A DNA stretch of 2,180 bases from Candidatus Woesearchaeota archaeon (GTDB lineage: Archaea > Nanobdellota > Nanobdellia > Woesearchaeales > JABGXB01): NCBI GenBank assembly GCA_018675975.1, contig JABGXB010000003.1, positions 1-2,180 of the forward strand. The letters are read 5' to 3'. The notes beneath the pieces were generated by a model that did no database searches, was not told the origin of the DNA, and saw only the letters and a program-made list of their open reading frames with translations. The first letter of the stretch is position 1; each line of letters starts with the position of its first letter. Positions 1-2,180 of this stretch are shown in pieces. A program made the position numbers and the translations under genes.

Positions 1-2178
1 GTCTGTAAAACTTATGTTGAATAAATAGTCCTGTGGAATTGAATATGTATTTGGATCATTCGGATATTCACTATTGTTTTCGTAAGATGGTGCAGTTAAA
101 TCACTAACAGTAAAATAAGTTGTTATTGAATTATTTTGATTATTTGATGTATCATTAGTTAAGAAAGTAATATTAAATGTTCCAGCTAAATTTGGTATTG
201 TATAACTGTTGTTATATTTATTATTTGATTGTTCTGTTAATGAAATTATTATGTTTGTTGAATTTGGTAATGTTAAATTTGCTCTTACAGTATCTACTTC
301 AATATTGTCAGTCGCATTAATTCTAACTTCGATCAATTCTCCAATGCTCTTTGAATCTCCTGCACTTGGTATTGAATTATTTATTTGTGGCACAGTTATA
401 TCATTAATATTAAATGTAGCACTTTCTGTGCTATTTAAATTATTACTAGTGTCATTAGCATATATTTTTATTGTGTGCTGTCCTATTGGACTATTAATGT
501 TTGTTTCATATTCTGTAGTGTAAATATTACCATTAAGAGACATTGTTTGATTTGTCTTCGTTCCATTATTTAAATTAATTTCAGCAATAACTGTATCAAC
601 TCCAATAAAATCTTGAACTGTAACATTAATTGTTACATTTTGTGTTTGATTAATTGTACTTGGACTAATTATAATATTTGTCACATTAGGTTTTGTTGTA
701 TCTTGTACTGTAATAAAATATGATAATGATGAAGTACTATAATTCTGACTTTGATTGTATAGTGCTGTTATATTAAAAGTTCCAAGAGAATTGTAATTAG
801 AAATGTTTGTTATATTATTTAGATTTGATTGAATAATGGATTCATTAATTAATAGAGTAATATTACTTTCTCCAGTTATTTTTGTAGCATTTATATTTAC
901 ACTATTTCCTGCTTCAATTGTAATATTTGAAAAATTATTGTTTAAACTTAAATTCACATCGCTCAATGCCAGACTTACTGTATATGTAAACGCAGTATTA
1001 TTTATATTATCACTTGTGTCATTTGCAATCCATTTGTAATTATATGTTCCAGCAGATAAATTACTTATTGTGTAATTGTAATCATTACCATTATTGTTAG
1101 CTGTATAATTAGTTCCATCAAACTCAAATAGAACACTATGCATTTCTACATTATCTGTAAAACTTATATTAAATAAATAGTCTTGTGGAATTGAATATGT
1201 ATTTGGATCACTCGGGTATTCACTATTATTTTCGTACGTTGGTGCGATTAAATCGGTTGTTAAAAAATAAGTAGTTTCAGTTGTATTGTCATTGTCAGAT
1301 GTATCATTAACTAAAAAACTTATATTAAATCTTCCAGATAAATTTGGTATTGTATAACTATTATTATATTTATTATTGGATTGTTCGTTTAGTAAAATAA
1401 TTACACTTGTTGAATTAGGCATTGTTAAATTTGCTCTTACTGTATCAATTTGAACATCATCCGTCGCATTAATTCTAATTTCAATAGTTTCTCCAATGCT
1501 CTTAGAATCTCCTGAACTAGGTATTAAATTTGTTACTTCTGGATTAGCAATATCTGTTATGATGAAAGTACCGTTTTCAGTGCTATTCATATTACCACTT
1601 GTATCATTAGCATATGCTCTAACTGTATGTGTCCCAGAAGGAATATTAGCATCAGTTTGATATTGTGTTGAATAAATATCTTCCGATTCTACATACGTGG
1701 TACTTAAATTAGTCTTTGTTCCATTATTTAAAATTACTTCTGCAATAACTGTATCTACATTTAAATGTTCTGAAACTGATATATTAATACTAATATTTTC
1801 ACTCGGATTTAATTCACTTGGGTTTAAATCAATATCAATAACACTCGGAGCAGTTGTATCTTGAACAGTAATAAAATAACTTAAACTACTTGAAGTATAA
1901 TTTTCACTCTCATTATAAATTACACTTATATTAACTAGCCCTAAGGATGAAAATAAACTTATATTTGTAATATTATCTAAATTACTTCCAACTAATTCTT
2001 CATCCATATAGATAGTTATATTATTTTCACCAATAATTTTAGTTGCGTTTATTGTAACATTAGTTTCAACTTCAGAAGTTATATTTGAAAATTGATTATT
2101 TAAACTTAAATTTACATTACTTGTTGCTTTGTTTATTGTATACGTAAAAGCTGTATTGTTTACATTATCACTTGAATC
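1..2178 (-). CDS. Partial (5' and 3' truncated) large cell-surface / adhesin-like glycoprotein made of tandem Ig-like beta-sandwich repeats, probably archaeal
   Basis: The minus frame (codons on + triplets 1-3, 4-6, ...) has no stop in 726 codons despite ~75% AT. Translation starts DSSDNVNNTAFTYTINKATSNVNLSL, passes YFITVQDTTAPSV, RAYANDTSGNMNSTE, FNISFTDNVEMHSVLFEFDGTNYT and NLSAGTYNYKWIANDTSDN, and ends DLTAPSYENNSEYPNDPNTYSIPQDYLFNISFTD. Differences between the internal repeat copies in the best-conserved block are mostly synonymous in this frame. There is no transmembrane segment or catalytic motif. The coding frame is near certain; the product call is motif-based inference. Confidence 0.93.
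103..402 (-). other. Ig-like module type 3, copy B (~100 aa; DITVP...TNDTSNN)
   Basis: About 70/100 aa identical to 1255-1554, including the invariant EQSNNKYNNSYTIPNL. Confidence 0.7.
403..702 (-). other. Ig-like module type 2, copy B (~100 aa; DTTKP...YANDTSNN)
   Basis: About 52/100 aa identical to 1555-1860 and 2 aa shorter. Confidence 0.7.
703..972 (-). other. Ig-like module type 1, copy B (~90 aa)
   Basis: About 57/90 aa identical to 1861-2130; ends GTFNITALYNQSQNYSTSSLSYFITVQ. Confidence 0.6.
973..1254 (-). other. Ig-like module type 4 (~94 aa; DLIAP...FNISFTDN...LSAGTYNYKWIANDTSDN...FTYTVS), the only complete copy in the window
   Basis: D-x-x-A-P start and an L-x-x-G-T-Y-x-Y tyrosine-corner-like strand followed by ANDTSDN. 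Partial homologues lie at 1-102 and 2131-2178. Confidence 0.7.
1255..1554 (-). other. Ig-like module type 3, copy A (~100 aa; DIANP...INATDD...VNDTSDN...TYFLTT)
   Basis: D-x-x-x-P start, I-N-A-T-D central strand and N-D-T-S-x-N turn. Confidence 0.7.
1555..1860 (-). other. Ig-like module type 2, copy A (~102 aa; DTTAP...YANDTSGN...TFIIT)
   Basis: Starts with the DTTAP linker and ends with G-x-H-T-V-x-x-Y-A-N-D-T-S-G-N plus a terminal strand, the pattern typical of prokaryotic Ig-like repeats. Confidence 0.7.
1861..2130 (-). other. Ig-like module type 1, copy A (~90 aa; KATSNVNLSL...NISVIYNESENYTSSSLSYFITVQ)
   Basis: Alternating hydrophobic/polar strands. It ends in a G-x-x-N-I-x-x-x-Y-x-x-x-x-N-Y-x-x-S pattern resembling Big_3-type adhesin repeats. 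Boundaries are approximate. Confidence 0.6.
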
Positions 2179-2180
2179 AT

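Larger units (their letters stand above)
1..1020 (-). repeat. Intragenic super-repeat copy B (340 aa visible, truncated by window edge)
   Basis: Begins DTSDNINNTAFTYTV, versus DSSDNVNNTAFTYTI in copy A. About 222/340 residues are identical to copy A by manual alignment. Confidence 0.95.
1021..2178 (-). repeat. Intragenic super-repeat copy A (386 aa, one full period)
   Basis: 1153-2178 aligns with 1-1020. For example, 1153 atctgtaaaacttatattaaataaatagtcttgtggaattgaatatgtatttggatca matches 1 gtctgtaaaacttatgttgaataaatagtcctgtggaattgaatatgtatttggatca. The offset is 1152 nt, shifting to 1158 nt past a 2-codon indel near 1680-1707. Confidence 0.95.

Noticed and set aside
209..523. + strand 104 aa hydrophobic ORF that looks like a membrane protein
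   Set aside because: Antisense shadow. A-starting codons (Asn/Thr/Ile/Ser) of the real minus gene put T in the middle position of this frame, producing hydrophobic residues and few stops. The equivalent frame in the other repeat copy hits TGA at 1451-1453.
836..1039. + strand 67 aa hydrophobic ORF
   Set aside because: Same shadow frame. The homologous position in the other copy lacks the ATG and has TAG at 2009-2011.
1..1254. Near-identical ~100 nt pair (1-102 / 1153-1254) as a possible DGR template/variable repeat
   Set aside because: Mismatches are not confined to adenines of one copy and are mostly synonymous third-position transitions. Both copies are in-frame parts of a 1.15 kb coding duplication, and no reverse transcriptase is present in the window.
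139..1608. Recurrent short motif gt(a/g)tcatt(a/t) as a CRISPR-like or regulatory repeat
   Set aside because: It is simply the antisense of the Asn-Asp-Thr codons in the module motif. It is short, degenerate and spaced ~285-570 nt apart.
1..2178. Duplication as an assembly artefact, or as mobile-element terminal repeats
   Set aside because: The copies are ~35% diverged in protein with the frame preserved and are directly tandem. No transposase, inverted repeats or target-site duplication were seen.
1..2180. TATA-like boxes and T/A-rich runs as promoters or terminators; alternative genetic code
   Set aside because: Such runs are expected at ~75% AT inside a CDS. The minus frame is fully open under the standard code, so no recoding is needed.

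Overview
The whole window is an internal fragment of one large minus-strand gene that the ORF track missed. Manual translation gives 726 uninterrupted codons (2178->1), with no stop codon and both ends outside the window. The DNA is very AT-rich (roughly 25% GC by sampling). The protein is Asn/Thr/Ser/Ile-rich, Cys-free, acidic and has a beta-strand pattern. It is built from ~90-102 aa Ig-like modules arranged as a four-module super-repeat of ~384-386 aa (1152-1158 nt). Almost two copies are present, with ~65% aa identity by hand count. It carries about 62 N-X-S/T sequons, which best fits a giant, heavily N-glycosylated archaeal surface protein or adhesin (DPANN-like by inference, not proven). 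The two + strand ORFs are antisense shadows. No RNA genes, CRISPR arrays, mobile elements or DGR signature were found.
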